This document shows, piece by piece, positions 1-12,080 of a stretch of DNA of 64,000 nucleotides. Source of the stretch: Tubulanus polymorphus (lineage: Eukaryota > Animalia > Nemertea); assembly GCF_964204645.1 (NCBI RefSeq), contig NC_134033.1, positions 6,888,555 to 6,952,554 of the forward strand, in the 5' to 3' direction. The notes below the pieces were generated by a model. It saw only the letters and a program-made list of their open reading frames with translations. It made no database searches and had not been told where the DNA came from. The translations under genes were made by a program, and so were the position numbers. Positions within the stretch are counted from its first letter, which is position 1. Every line of letters begins with the position of its first letter.

Positions 1-382
1 TGATTTATATCATGCATTATTTCAATCACACTTTACTAACACTTTTAATGTTTAAACATCTAACTCATACAAATATGAATATTGAAATAATGTTGTAAAT
101 ATATACTTTTATATTGAATAATCTGTCAATTTAAATGTTATTCATTTACATGAATATTTTAAGAGTAATAGGGGTAATGGGCTTTCAGGTTAAAGGTTGA
201 ATGGTCGAGTTCATTAAAAACAAATATTAAAAGTAATTTAAAACTATAATATATTTTCATAACCGTGTGTATTTCAGTTGAATAATAGAATAATTATTAT
301 TATTTGAATATATTTGATTATATGAATTTGTGTATTGTAAATAAATCAATTGGTCGCGGAGCGGAGCGGTAGCGAAGTGGAG
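1..382 (-). mobile_element. Truncated left end (sub-terminal region plus inner part of TIR) of another B-family Polinton in reverse orientation
   Basis: 1-335 matches the reverse complement of ~12455-12794, including sequence beyond the TIR upstream of pPolB; ~107-382 matches 35526-35802. It breaks inside the GC hairpin (…gcgaagtggag) where the 31-bp minisatellite starts. Confidence 0.85.
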
Positions 383-386
383 TAGC

Positions 387-485
387 AAACCAAAATATTG
401 AATTGTCGCAGGCGATAAAACCAAAATATTGAATTGTCGCATGGGACAAAACCAAAATATTGAATTGTCGCGAGCGACAAAACCA
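387..485. repeat. 31-bp minisatellite, ~3 units
   Basis: Unit AAAACCAAAATA(T/A)TGAATTGTCGCGGGCGAT. Confidence 0.9.
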
Positions 486-499
486 CGGTGGTTCTAAAC

Positions 500-662
500 A
501 CCGACCGAAACCGTCCAATACCGACCAAAAGCCGTCCAACACCGACCAAAAGTAAAATTAGTACCGACCAAAATTGTAACAACCACCAAAAGTAGAATAT
601 GATACCGACCAAAACTAAGACGAGTAAAATGATACCCGACATCGTCTGATACCGACCAAAAG
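500..662. repeat. Degenerate ACCGACCAAA-core repeats
   Basis: About 8 imperfect copies of (A)CCG(A/T)CCAAA at irregular spacing. Confidence 0.6.
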
Positions 663-729
663 AATTTTGAACCAATCGCACAGATAATTCTCAAAACAAA
701 GCTACGCGTGTCACTTCGATCACTGAGCG

Positions 730-1065
730 AAAACCAAACTAATGAATTGTCGCGGGCGATAAAACCAAAATAATAAATTGTCGCGGGCGATAAAACCAAA
801 ATATTGAAGTGTCGCAGGCGATAAAACCGCGACAAAAAAAAAATTGTCGCGGGCGATAAAACCAAAATAATGAATTGTCGCGGGCGATAAAACCAAAATA
901 TTGAATTGTCGTGGGCGACAAAACCAAAATATTGATTTGTCGCGGGTGACAAAACCAAATTAATGAATTGTCGCGGGCGATAAAACCAAAGTAATGAATT
1001 GTCGCGGGCGATAAAACCAAAATAATGAATTGTCGCGGGCGACAAAACCAAAATTATTGTTTTGT
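730..1065. repeat. 31-bp minisatellite array, ~10 units
   Basis: Same unit as 387-485; the spurious ORFs show a 31-aa period from frame rotation. Confidence 0.95.
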
Positions 1066-1770
1066 CGCGTTATTTTAGTTTTGTCGTTTTGTCATAATGT
1101 CGCCCTCATTTGCATATACGTGTTTTTTTACACATGGCCCTTATCAGCCACCATACTTAAGCCTTAAGGTCGCGTAAAACTCGATAAACACTTCAAGCGA
1201 CACAGCGAACGATCTCCTTTCCACCACAGCGAACGCTTAACGCTACTAGCCTATGTAGGCCTATCTATATGCGTAGGCCTAACATCCGGACAGATTGGTC
1301 GTAGGCCTATTGAATAACAACCCACCTAAATATCGTAAATTTTGTTTCGAAGTTCAATCCAATGAGTCCGTTAATAAACGCAACAATTATACTGTGTTTG
1401 TTTGAGACAGTAAAGCTCATAGCACCGGTAGGCCTAAAGCCGCGTCAAACTCGATAACACAAGCGACACAGCGAACGATCCCTTTCCCCCACAGCGAATG
1501 CTTACTCCGAATGTCAAGTGTGAGTCCAGCATACGGAAAGGATTGTGTTATATACTTGTATTTAGTAAATTCCTTGTGCATTTGACAATGATCGGTATGT
1601 ACTGTAGGAAATATAAAGTATTGATGGTATTGATATAGAGGTTGAAGCCCGCGGCCGAATAAAGTAATATATTCTTTTATTTTGATACCTCGTCGACATA
1701 ACAGCTTTTCTCCGCTATATCTCTTCGGCGTATTTACTTTAGGCCTACGACTCCCCGGTACACTTATGAC
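732..1770 (+). repeat. Duplicated block (minisatellite plus flank), copy 1; copy 2 at ~3690-4870
   Basis: Near-identical colinear sequence, e.g. gtcataatgtcgccctcatttgcatatacg at 1091 and 4169, and ctacgactccccggtacacttatga at ~1745 and ~4840. Confidence 0.9.
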
Positions 1771-1982
1771 TTGTCTTGATTGAAATTCGCACGGAGCATT
1801 TGTAGATTGAAATGAGCTGAATGATATCAGACGGATTGTATCGGCAACAGCGGTAATGTAAAAAAGCCTATGTACTTTTGACAATAAAAGTGTGGAAAAA
1901 AATAATAATAAAAATAATAAATATAGCTGCAAAGCAGCGATAACGGGTTTTCTGCACAGTCTTAGAATCCTGTTCAACGGTG

Positions 1983-2213
1983 GATTTCGACGAAGCATTT
2001 GATTAGGCACAACATCAGCCATTACTAAACAGGCTATTAGGAAACAGTATCAATGATAGGTCGCCAAAATGGCTCAGCAGTTATCTCTGAACGAAAACTT
2101 GTAGCCGAAATCAACGGAACGCCTCATCTTGGAATAAGTCGGTCAAACTAGTGGAGTCACGCAAGGTAGTATCCTAAGTTGTCTTCTGTTTAATGTCCTG
2201 ACAAATGACATAC
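1983..2213 (+). pseudogene. Non-LTR retrotransposon (CR1/L2/Jockey-like) reverse transcriptase relic
   Basis: Manual translation DFDEAFD*AQHQPLLNRL…KWLSSYL…EING…SGVTQGSILSCLLFNVLTNDI matches the LINE RT motifs DFSKAFD, WxxSYL and GVPQGSxLGPLLF; contains stops and frameshifts. Confidence 0.8.
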
Positions 2214-3069
2214 ACAGTAATCCAACATATACCAGACCGAGTAAATTTCCAAATCGACCTTAACACGCTGTTCGACCAAAAAACTTAATGTTCCAACAAG
2301 AAAATCTTGTTCCAATAGAAATAATTCTGTTTGATTGAACAATACGCTTTTTGCTTGAACCAAAAATTTTCTTCATTCTGACAAAAAATGTGTTCGAATA
2401 AAAAGCTATGTTATTGTTGAAATGAAAAATTTTAAGTCCCGGCAAAAAAATTTGGTCGAGCGAAAACAATTTTTTCGAACGAATGTTTGAATGAAAACAA
2501 TTCTGTTCGATTGAACGAAATACTTCATACTTTCGGTTCGGAGAAAAAACTTTTTTCAATATACTTGTTCCAACGAAAAACTTAATGTTCTGACAAGAAA
2601 ATTCTGTTCAAATTAAAAAAGACTCTGTTCAATTGAACGATCGTTCGAACGAAAAACCTTTCGTTTGGACAAAAAAAAGTTTGTTCAACTTTGTTCTTAC
2701 GATTTTTTCAAATTGGTTCAATCGTATAGAATATTATTGGTTCGAACGAAATAAATTTTGTTCCGACGAAAGAATTTTCAAGGAAAGGTCTTTTGAACGA
2801 AAAAAAAGATATATCTGGTGCTCCGCAGTAACTTAAAGCCGGATGTAGGTTGGTCTTGTGACACGATGCGATCCTCGCGTTGCATCGCAAGTTTCAGTGC
2901 AAGTCGGTTGCAATACGATTGTGTGCGACTAGTTTCTGCCAGTCGCAAGAGCGCGTCGGTTGGTTGTGACAGTCGTGTCACGTCGCAGAAAGTAGAACAC
3001 GTACGACTCCATGTGACTGGCGTTGCTGAAAGATGAGGACGCCAGTGGTATGACGACTGAGTTTCAATT

Positions 3070-3195
3070 CGTCAAAACGTCACGATGTGTCAACATATTT
3101 ATGTTGACTTGATGCGATATATCGCGATATATCGACATAAATATGGCGACTTGTCGTGTTTGAACGCGACAACTCGAGGCCCTTTATCGCTTCCG
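3070..3195. mobile_element. Right half of a palindromic MITE (same family as 3240-3579)
   Basis: Ends …ctcgaggccctttatcgcttccg followed by TA, and matches ~3454-3579. Confidence 0.8.
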
Positions 3196-3239
3196 TAGAT
3201 CTTTCATTAAGTAGGATCACTTGAATGATCGCTTTAATA

Positions 3240-3579
3240 CGGAAGCGATAAAGGGCCTCGAGATGTCGCGTTCAAACTCGGCAAGTCGCCATATTTATGT
3301 CGATATATCGCGATATATCGCGTCAAGTCGACATGAATATGTCGACATATCGTGACGTTTTCACGACAAATTTCGCTTTTTTGCCCATTTTCCACGGGAC
3401 AAGCCGTCATGTCGACTTGTCGCGAGGAAAATGGTCGAGAAAACGAAATATGTCGTCAAAACGTCACGATATAGCGACATATTCAAGTCGACTTGACGCG
3501 ATATATCGCGGTATGTCGACATAAATATGACGACTTGTTGAGTTTGAACGCGACCACTCGAGGCCCCTTATCGCTTCCG
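3240..3579. mobile_element. Complete 340-bp fold-back MITE with TA target duplication (Tc1/mariner-type)
   Basis: TA|CGGAAGCGATAAAGGGCCTCGAG … CTCGAGGCCCCTTATCGCTTCCG|TA; imperfect inverted symmetry over nearly the whole length. Confidence 0.85.
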
Positions 3580-3646
3580 TACTTTAATATCACTTTAAAA
3601 AAAAAAGAATCTGCCAAAATGACCTTAATATTCGACACTATATGTA

Positions 3647-4145
3647 CAGAAGCGATAAGGGGCCTCGAGATGTCGCGGGCGATAAAACGAAATTAATGAA
3701 TTGTTGCGGGTGATAAAACCAAAATAATGAATTGTCGCGTGCGACAAAACCAAAATAATGAATTGTCGCGGGCGATAAAACCAAAATAATGAATTGTCGC
3801 GGGCGATAAAACCAAAATGATAAATTGTCGCGGGCGATAAAACCAAAATAATGAATTGTCGCTGGTGATAAAACCAAAATATTGAATTGTCGCAGGCGAT
3901 AAAACCAAAATATTGAAGTGTCACAGGCGATAAAACCAAAATATTGAAGTGTCGCAGGCGATAAAACCGCGACAAAAAAAAAATTGTCGCAGGCGATAAA
4001 ACCAAAATAATGAATTGTCGCGTGCGACAAAACCAAAATAATGAACTGTCGCGGGCGATAAAACCAAAATAATGAATTGCCGCGGACGATAAAACCAAAA
4101 TTATGAATTTTCGCGGGCGACAAAACCAAAATTATTGTTTTGTCG
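3647..4145. repeat. MITE left TIR running directly into a 31-bp minisatellite array (~15 units)
   Basis: TA|CAGAAGCGATAAGGGGCCTCGAGATGTCGCG, then repeats with AAAACC at 3746, 3777, 3808 and 3839 (period 31). Confidence 0.9.
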
Positions 4146-5463
4146 CGTTATTTTAGTTTTGTCGTTTTGTCATAATGTCGCCCTCATTTGCATATACGTG
4201 TTTTTTTACGCATGGCCCTTATCAGCCACCACACTAAAGCCTTAAGGTCGCGTAAAACTCGATAAACACTTCAAGCGACACAGCGAACGATCTCCTTTCC
4301 CCCACAGCCAACACTTAACCTAGTAGAGGCTACTAGCCTATGTAGGCCTATGTATATGCGTAGGCCTAACATCCGGACAGATTGGTCGTAGGCCTATTGA
4401 ATAACAACCCACCTAAATATCGTAAAAATTTTGTTTTGAAGTTCAATCCAATGAGTCCGTTAATAAACGCAACAATTATACTGTGTTTGTTTGTTTGAGA
4501 CAGTAAAGCTCAGTACCGGTAGGCCTAAAGCCGCGTCAAACTCGATAAACACTTCAAGCGACACAGCGAACGATCCCTTCCCCCCACAGCGAATGCTTAC
4601 TCCGAATGTCAAGTGTGAGTCCAGCATACGGAAAGGATTGTGTTATATACTTGTATTTAGTAAATACCTTGTGTATTTGACAATGATCGGTATGTACTGT
4701 AGGAAATATAGAGTATTGATGGTATTGATATAGAGGTTGAAGCCCGCGGCCGAATAAAGTAATATATTTCTTTATTTTGATACCTCGTCGACATAACAGC
4801 TTTTCTCCGCTATATCTCTTCGGCGTGTTTAGTTTAGGCCTACGACTCCCCGGTACACTTATGATTTATCTTAGTAAATACACGGTTAATTTGGTAAAGA
4901 AAAATAGATATTGCTAAACTAACTGCTTGAAACCCGCAGCCAAATCACTGGTAGTTATAAATTAATTTGTACTCGATTTGATTCTCATGATGAGGAGAAA
5001 CTCGCAGCTGATCCCCGGAACGACGAAATAGTAACACACGTCGATTCGTCGATGTTTACGGCTCGACAGTGCTTTTAAAATCTAAAGTAGTAAATTTCCA
5101 GTGTATCGGTAATATGATTTGATGAGGAAATGGGCTATTGTTAAAATCACTGTTTGAAGACCGCGACTGAATGTGAAGTCTGCGGCAATAAATTAGTTCA
5201 TTTATACTTGAATTGATAATCGAAGTGACAGTCGGCCTGCGGGTTGATTTCGGGATGACGACTCGAAAAACATGTCGCCCCATTGAATGGGGCTAAATTT
5301 TCGATGTTTACGGCCCGACAGCGCTTTTGTAACGATGATTCGTGAAAAAACACGCGGGCTATTTGTAGATATCAGTGAGCTGAACGATATTATATGGATT
5401 GTATATGAAACAGCGGTAAGGTAACAAAGCCTATGTTCTTTTGGTAAAAATAGTGTGGAAGAA

Positions 5464-5581
5464 AATAATAATAATAATAATCACGCGGATATCAATAGGG
5501 TTTTCTGTGAAATAACAGAAAACCCTAATAAGAAACACGCGAATCTCAATAGGGTTTTCTGTGATGTAACAGAAAACCCTA
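5464..5581 (+). mobile_element. (AAT)n plus a tandemly duplicated 13-bp-stem hairpin; Helentron/HINE-like 3' end
   Basis: TAGGGTTTTCTGT-6nt-ACAGAAAACCCTA at 5496-5527 and 5550-5581 (54-bp unit) after an AAT microsatellite; 5350-5478 resembles 1790-1915. Confidence 0.55.
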
Positions 5582-5780
5582 AATATTAAATTAGATAATG
5601 ATTCTAAAATAAAATATTATAATACATCAGAAAATATTAAAACTGATAATATTCAACATGATATAATTAAAACTGATAATGATAATAAATCCCATGAAAA
5701 TACTAAATTAGCTTTAACTTGTATAGGAATTGTTATAGGAGGAATATTATATTTTAAATTTTAATTTTTTTATTATATAA

Positions 5781-7218
5781 ATGGATGTAGAAGGTGGAGA
5801 AGATATTGGAATGGATAATTTTGATGAACCTGGCATAACTGATGAACAACAAACTGATTTTAGTGAAACAAGTTTTAATGACGGTAATGAGCCAGAATAT
5901 AATAATAATTTAAATATGCCTGATTATATTAAAAATGCAGAATCACAATTAAATCCTGAAAATTTAGACCCAGATTTAGTAAAACAAGATTTAGATAATA
6001 TAAACAAAATACCTAAATTAGAACGTATAATTGAAAATTCTAAACTTAACATAAATGATGAAGACGTTGGACCTTTAGCAGATCAATTAAAATTTTTAGA
6101 TAATGGCAAATGGTATTATCATTTGAAAGGTGATTATTATATTGATATCACTTATAAAAATAACAAAAATAAAATATTAACAAAATCAACTTTGAGTGAT
6201 TTAGATCCAGATAGAATTAAAAGAATTAGTAATAGTAATGTAATAACTGATGTTATAAAACAAGAATTAACTGGTAATGATATAGACGTATTTAAACAAA
6301 GAATTAATGAATTATTTGAAATAATCAAAAAGAAATCAGAAACAGAAACAACTTCTGAACAGAATATAACTTCCAAAACTACTAAACTTAAATCAAATAA
6401 AGTTCCAATTGAAAAACTTTTACCGAATGGATTAATTGATGCAACAGATCAACAATTAGAAGATTTAAATATATTTTCTGATAAAGCAATTAGAGAAATT
6501 ATTAGTATAAGAAATGAAGCTGATAAAATTGCACATAATAAAAGTACAAGAGATATTAAAATTAGAACTTTAGAAAAAGAATTAACCGATAAAAATAAAG
6601 AAATGGAACAATTAAAGTCTGATTTAGATCATCAAGTAATTGATGAAATAGAATATAGGCAAAAAGAATTACGATTAGAAAAAGAAATTAATAATTTAAA
6701 AGATAATTTAGAAGTACAGAAAGAAGAAATTAAATTATTATTAAAATCATATAATTATATTATAAATAGATTAAAAGTTATTTTAAAGATTTGTTGATAA
6801 AACCAAATTCTGAAATATCATTGAAAGATAGAATAAAATTATTATTTAAATTAGAAGGAATAACAATTCTTTCAATTCTAACAGCTGTAACTATGTTATT
6901 TACAACAATAGGTTTAGCTATATCAAATTCACTGAAATCTACTCCTACTCCCAATAAACCGGATAAACCCCAGATAATAATTCTGTACAAGATAAAGTCA
7001 AAGATGGTTTAAAGAAATTAGCAAAATATTTATGGGAACTATCTAAAAAATCTGCTGCAGCTTTACCAGGAATTAATGCGTCAATTGTTGGTTTTATATT
7101 GAAATCTGCAGGAAACATTATTGACTTTGCTGCTGAACATATCATTTTATTTTTAATTACAATTGCAAGTGCTATTATTTTTGGGTTAGTGAATATGATA
7201 TCAAAAAATATCAAGTAA
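5781..7218 (+). pseudogene. Acidic/coiled-coil protein with C-terminal transmembrane segments (homologue of 20786-22408)
   Basis: ORFs 5781-6797 and 6791-7012 plus a third frame to 7218; C-terminus near-identical to 20786-22408; two frameshifts. Confidence 0.85.
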
Positions 7219-7258
7219 ACATGATAAAAGATAAATGATTAATTTTTTTGTTAAATAA

Positions 7259-8499
7259 ATGAGTGGGCGTTATATCAATCCTTCTAAGAATCATAGAATA
7301 TCTAATGCTATTAAAGCAGAAAGATCACATCATATTATTACTCATAACCCTTCTAATATTAATCCTGATGAAACTTTATATGTTAGAATCCCTAGATTAA
7401 CACAAAATACTTTTTATGTTCCAAATAGTATTTATTTATCAGCCGATATAAAAGTAACCGGTAATAATAATAATTATGTTGTTGATAATGTTGGGAGATA
7501 TTTGATTAAAAAATTAACAATAAAGATTGGCCCAGAAACAGTTTTCTCATTAGATGATTATAATTTATTTATGCATTATAAAGATTTATGGTTAACTAAA
7601 GAAAATAGAAATAATATGATATTTCAAGGCATTCAATCGGAAAACCATAATAAATTAAGATCAGGAGCTAATGGCGCAATAGTAACTCGTGCCGCAGATA
7701 ATTTGATAAAAAAGATTTATGGAAGCAAATATAAAATTCCATTAGACTTTGAATTGATAAATAATAATGCGCCTTTATATAAATACGCAATTCAAGAAGA
7801 TGTTATATTCGAAATAACATTTGCTCCTGTAAATGAAATTGTATTATCTAGCGTTGTTAAAGATATGGGATATAAATTATCGAATTAGAATATAATACAG
7901 TAACTAATGAAAATATTGCTAATACAATTCAAACTCAATACAATCAAGGATTTTCATTATTATATGATTATATTGATAAATTTAAAACTGTAACTATTAA
8001 TGCAAATGATGAAATAATTAATGAGAATATTAACTTCCCAAGAAGATCTATTAAAGGTATCTTAATATTTTTTACCATTGCAACATATTCTAATGGCGCA
8101 ATAAAGGTAGATAATTATTATAATCCTGAAATAACAAAAGTAGAAATAACTATCGAAGGAATAGCAAATAAAATATTTTGTCAAGGAATGAGAATGATAG
8201 ATCAATGGCCAGAAATTAGAAAACATTTTATGATTGAAAAAGTAAAATCATCTGAAAATTGTAATATTAATCAAATTGATTATTATACAGGTAATAAATA
8301 TGCATTATGGTTAGATTTTAGAACAACAGAGGATAATTCATTACATGGTTCTGGAAAAAAACTACAAAACACTAAAGATGGAATACAATTATTCATGACA
8401 AAGAAAAGAGGAGACAAAAATTTCAAAATACACATTAATATTATATGTGACGCACAATTAAATATTGTAAATTCACAATTAGATAGTATTCAATATTAG
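7259..8499 (+). pseudogene. Putative double jelly-roll major capsid protein, frameshifted
   Basis: Highly similar to 22429-23677; a 7-bp deletion at ~7885 shifts the frame. MCP call rests on size, beta-rich pattern and context. Confidence 0.65.
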
Positions 8500-8529
8500 A
8501 AATATAAAGTTAAAATTAAGGATATATAA

Positions 8530-9656
8530 ATGGGCGGTAAAAAACTCCTAATACTAAAGAACAATATTTAAGAAATTTATATTACAACCCTGAGAGTTCG
8601 GTTGCTTATTCTTCTACCAACAATATGTGGCGTCAAGTAAAACAAGATAAATTAGATAAGATAATCCCAAAAAATTTAGTTAAATATAAAGATATAAATG
8701 AATTTATGTTAGAACAACCAACATACACAACACATAAAAAAATTGTTAGAGAATATAAAACTCGTAAAACTATGGTAAGTTATGTAGATCAACAGTGGCA
8801 AGGAGATTTAATTGATATGAAAAATGTTAAGAAAGATAATGATGATTATTGGTGGATATTGAATATAATTGATATTTTTAGTCGTTATGTATGGAGCTTC
8901 CCACTTTACAGAAAACATGCTGCACAAACATCAAATGTTTTAAGAAAATTTCTTTCGGATGATAAAATAAAACCAGAAAAAATACAATTTGATGATGGAA
9001 AAGAATTTGATAATTCACTTGTTCATGAACTCTTAGATAATCATAATATTAAATATTTTTCAACAAAATCGGATAAAAAAGCAGCAGTGGTTGAACGATT
9101 TAATAGAACATTAAGAACAAGAATGTGGAAATATTTTACAGCAAATAATACTTTTAAATGGATTGATGTTTTACCAAAATTGATAGAAGGTTATAATAAT
9201 TATTATCATTCTTCTATTGGAATGAAACCTATTGATTCTAGAAAACCTGAAAATGCTGAAATTGTTTGGAATAATTTATATGGAGCATTTCTTGTAGATG
9301 ATTTTGGTGAACCTAAATTTAAAGTTGGTCAAAATGTTAGAATTTCTAAGTATAAAAAGATATTTGACAAAGGATACGATCGAAATTTTACTAGGGAAAT
9401 ATAAAAAATAAAAAAGGTAATAACAACAAAACCATATGTCTATAAATTAGAAGATTTAGATGGTGAAGAAGTTGATGGCTACTTTTACGAAGAAGAATTA
9501 AGTTTAACTACTGAAAATCTAGAACAAGAATATAAAATTGAAAAAGTATTAAAAACAAAAACTATTAAAAGAAAAAAATATTCTTTAGTAAAATGGGTTG
9601 GATGGCCAGATAAATTCAATGAATGGATATTATCAAGTAAAATTAAAAATATATAA
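8530..9656 (+). pseudogene. rve (retroviral-like DDE) integrase with C-terminal chromodomain
   Basis: GDLIDM / IQFDDGKEF / AVVERFNRTL triad; early frameshift; in-frame TAA at 9402, then YKIEKVLKTKTIKRKKYSLVKWVGWPDKFNEWI. Confidence 0.92.
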
Positions 9657-10266
9657 ATGAATAAGGAATTATTTACATTTGAGCCTCATAATATGTTAAT
9701 TTCTGGCGTAACAAATTGTGGAAAAACTTATTTTATATTAAATTTATTAGAAACTGTTTATAAAAACTATTTTGATAGTATAGTATTATTTTGTCTAACA
9801 TATGAATTTAATCAAACTTATGATAGAAATATTACTAGAAATAATACATTTATTATAATAGATCCTAAAACAGTAAAAGAAAATTTAGATAATTGTATAA
9901 AAATAGCAATTGATATTTATAAAGGATCAAATACATTATTTATCATAGATGATTGTGCAAATTTACATGATTCAAAAATTAGAGAGAGTGAGTTATGTTA
10001 TTTAGCTTTTTCTGGTAGACATTTTGGGATAACAACTTGGGTTTTAAATCAAAAATATAATTCAATTGTTAAAGACTTTAGAGAAAACATTAGATTTCTA
10101 GTTTTATTCTACAATAAAGATAGAAAATCGATGAAAAATGCACTTGAGGAAAATGATATTATTCCACATGATTTACATAATGAATATATGGATAAATTAA
10201 AAAAATTTTAAAAGATCAAAATCACTATTTAGATTACAACACCCATTTAAATATGAATTTATTTAA
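9657..10266 (+). pseudogene. A32/FtsK-HerA-type packaging ATPase with C-terminal frameshift
   Basis: Walker A GVTNCGKT, Walker B FIIDD, GRH and NQ motifs. Confidence 0.9.
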
Positions 10267-10267
10267 A

Positions 10268-10445
10268 TTCAACTAGCTTGTTAATCTAGTATATTTTTAG
10301 TTACATTCTAGTTGAATTCTAGTTATTGGTAGTTGAAACAAAAATCAAATAAAATTCCACAAGAAATAAATAAAAACAACAATATTTCAACTAGCTTGTT
10401 TATCTAGTTGAATTCTAGTTACATTCTAGTTGAATTCTAGTTGCA
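10268..10445. repeat. CTAG-rich short direct and inverted repeats
   Basis: TTCAACTAG and CTAGTTGAATTCTAG repeated; a related tract lies at 32584-32740 upstream of the homologous gene. Confidence 0.6.
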
Positions 10446-10474
10446 ACAACACAACTAATTTTTTTGTTATATAA

Positions 10475-11065
10475 ATGGTGGGTGAAAAGAAAATAAAATC
10501 TAAAAATGGTGATGTTCCAATTGAAAAAACTTTAGATGATTTAGGAATAACAGAAACAAAATTAACTCCAGATGATGGTGCTTTAAGTAATGTTACAACA
10601 AATAATAATTATGAATATTATCTTTATTGTAAACATCAATTAGAAATATTAATAGCATCTGGAAAATGTAAAAATTTTATCGGTAAAAATTTAACTTATA
10701 ATGAATTAGATAAAATGAAATCAGATGAAATTATTAGATTATTTAAGATTTATGAAACCGCGAGAACAGCTAGAATTAATGACGCGATATCAGAAAATGT
10801 AGTAAAAGGTTAAAGTAAATTATGTAATTATATGCTGCCAATTCAAGATGAAAATAGATTTTATGCTGATTTAAAAAATGATTATTTAGTTATGACCGAA
10901 TTAAATGAATGGATTGGATATTTATCATTTCAATTAGGTGGATTTATGACATTATTATCAACTGGAGTTATAACATTTTCAAATATTGAAAGTAAAAATA
11001 TTTCTATAATAAATGAACAAGGTGGAAGAAGTGAAGAAAAAACCGAGAAGTCCGAAACAAATTGA
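10475..11065 (+). pseudogene. Conserved hypothetical Polinton protein (homologue of 32788-33390)
   Basis: Shares IEKTLDDLGI, YEYYLYCKH and DLKNDYLVMTEL; in-frame stop at 10811-10813. Confidence 0.85.
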
Positions 11066-11432
11066 ATTGAAAATATTGTTATTTCTACTTCTTCTAATAA
11101 TAGAATATTTGATAAATGTCTATATTTTACAGTTGGATTTGTAATTGTATTCATTTTGATTGGGTGTAATTGGTATAAGAAATCAAATAAAATTCATGAT
11201 ATTTATAATTCTGAAACAACTGCTATCAAAAATGAAAATACTTCTGAAATTCCAAAATTGATAATAAAAAAAATGGATTAATATTTTAGAAAAAAAGCAA
11301 AAAAAATGATTTTTTTTTAATTAATTGAATATCTCACTACTTTTGTGTATCTATGCGGAGCAATTAAATTGTCCAGATAAGTCATTTCGGATTCTAGATA
11401 TTCATTATTTTTATTAATTTATTTTTTAAAAT

Positions 11433-11743
11433 TTAATCAACAATTTCTAAATTATGATGGCCATCTTCATTTTTTCCATGATAGATTATTTTAAATCCTT
11501 CTAAATCTTTTAATTCCTCTGCATTTATCAGGTAAAAATACTTTAAATTCTCGCGATGTACTAACAGTTGCAGTAGCTTAGATTAGCTGATACTTTCTCT
11601 CCATATTTAGTTCTCTTTTCTAATTTCAATATTTTATGTTCAATTTCTTTTGTAACATCAACTTACTCTTTTATTTCAAATTGTTTTTTTGCTGGTTTTA
11701 TTCTGTTATTTATTGTTGTTAAGAATGCTTTTCTATCTCCCAT
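11433..11743 (-). pseudogene. Degraded small protein, homologue of 16817-17172 (possible OB-fold ssDNA-binding protein)
   Basis: Manual translation …TKYGEKV…FKVFLPDKC…YHGKNEDGHHNLEIVD* versus …NKYGDKL…FRTYLPDRF…YKGKNEKGHHEIDFE*. Confidence 0.7.
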
Positions 11744-11764
11744 CTATAAGGAAAAAAAATTACT

Positions 11765-12080
11765 TGTGGTGATGAGTAGGGATTACTCTCCCTTGTATAT
11801 AACAAGCACGCTATTAACCGTTCTCACCCAAGCCTCACAGCATCTATTTATCCGGGCACAGTTGACACGCAATCACTGTACTACAGTAATAGCACACGCG
11901 TTAATAACCGTTCTCAGTGGCGACTCACTGTATCGATCTATCCACGCGCAGTTGTTGTTACGCGCACTCACTGTATATATGTATCACAGAGCAATCGTCC
12001 GTTCTCACTAGAGCCTAGCTGTGATGAGTGGTGTCTCGACCTCTCGACCTCTGGTATGAAAACGCCATTTCCTAATTACT
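11765..12080. repeat. Probable right TIR of Polinton A
   Basis: GC-richer non-coding end terminating in ACT; CCGTTCTCA at 11818, 11908 and 11999. The partner TIR is not in the window. Confidence 0.6.

Larger units (their letters stand above)
5582..12080 (+). mobile_element. Polinton/Maverick element A, 5'-truncated and degraded
   Basis: Starts in the 3' tail of the homologue of 19457-20770; carries capsid-like, integrase and ATPase genes; ends …CCTAATTACT (5'-AGTAATTAGG on the minus strand) directly against satellite sequence. Confidence 0.85.

Noticed and set aside
730-1065. CRISPR-like array (31-bp partly palindromic repeats)
   Set aside because: Units are head-to-tail with no unique spacers, there are no cas genes, and the context is eukaryotic.
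2260-3060. TTCGAAC-rich tract and GC-rich segment as defined transposons or genes
   Set aside because: They look like repeat remnants, but no paired TIRs, TSD or protein motif could be established by eye.
257-4129. Minus-strand ORFs MVLSPATIHYFGFIARDN…
   Set aside because: Artefacts of the stop-free strand of the 31-bp minisatellite.
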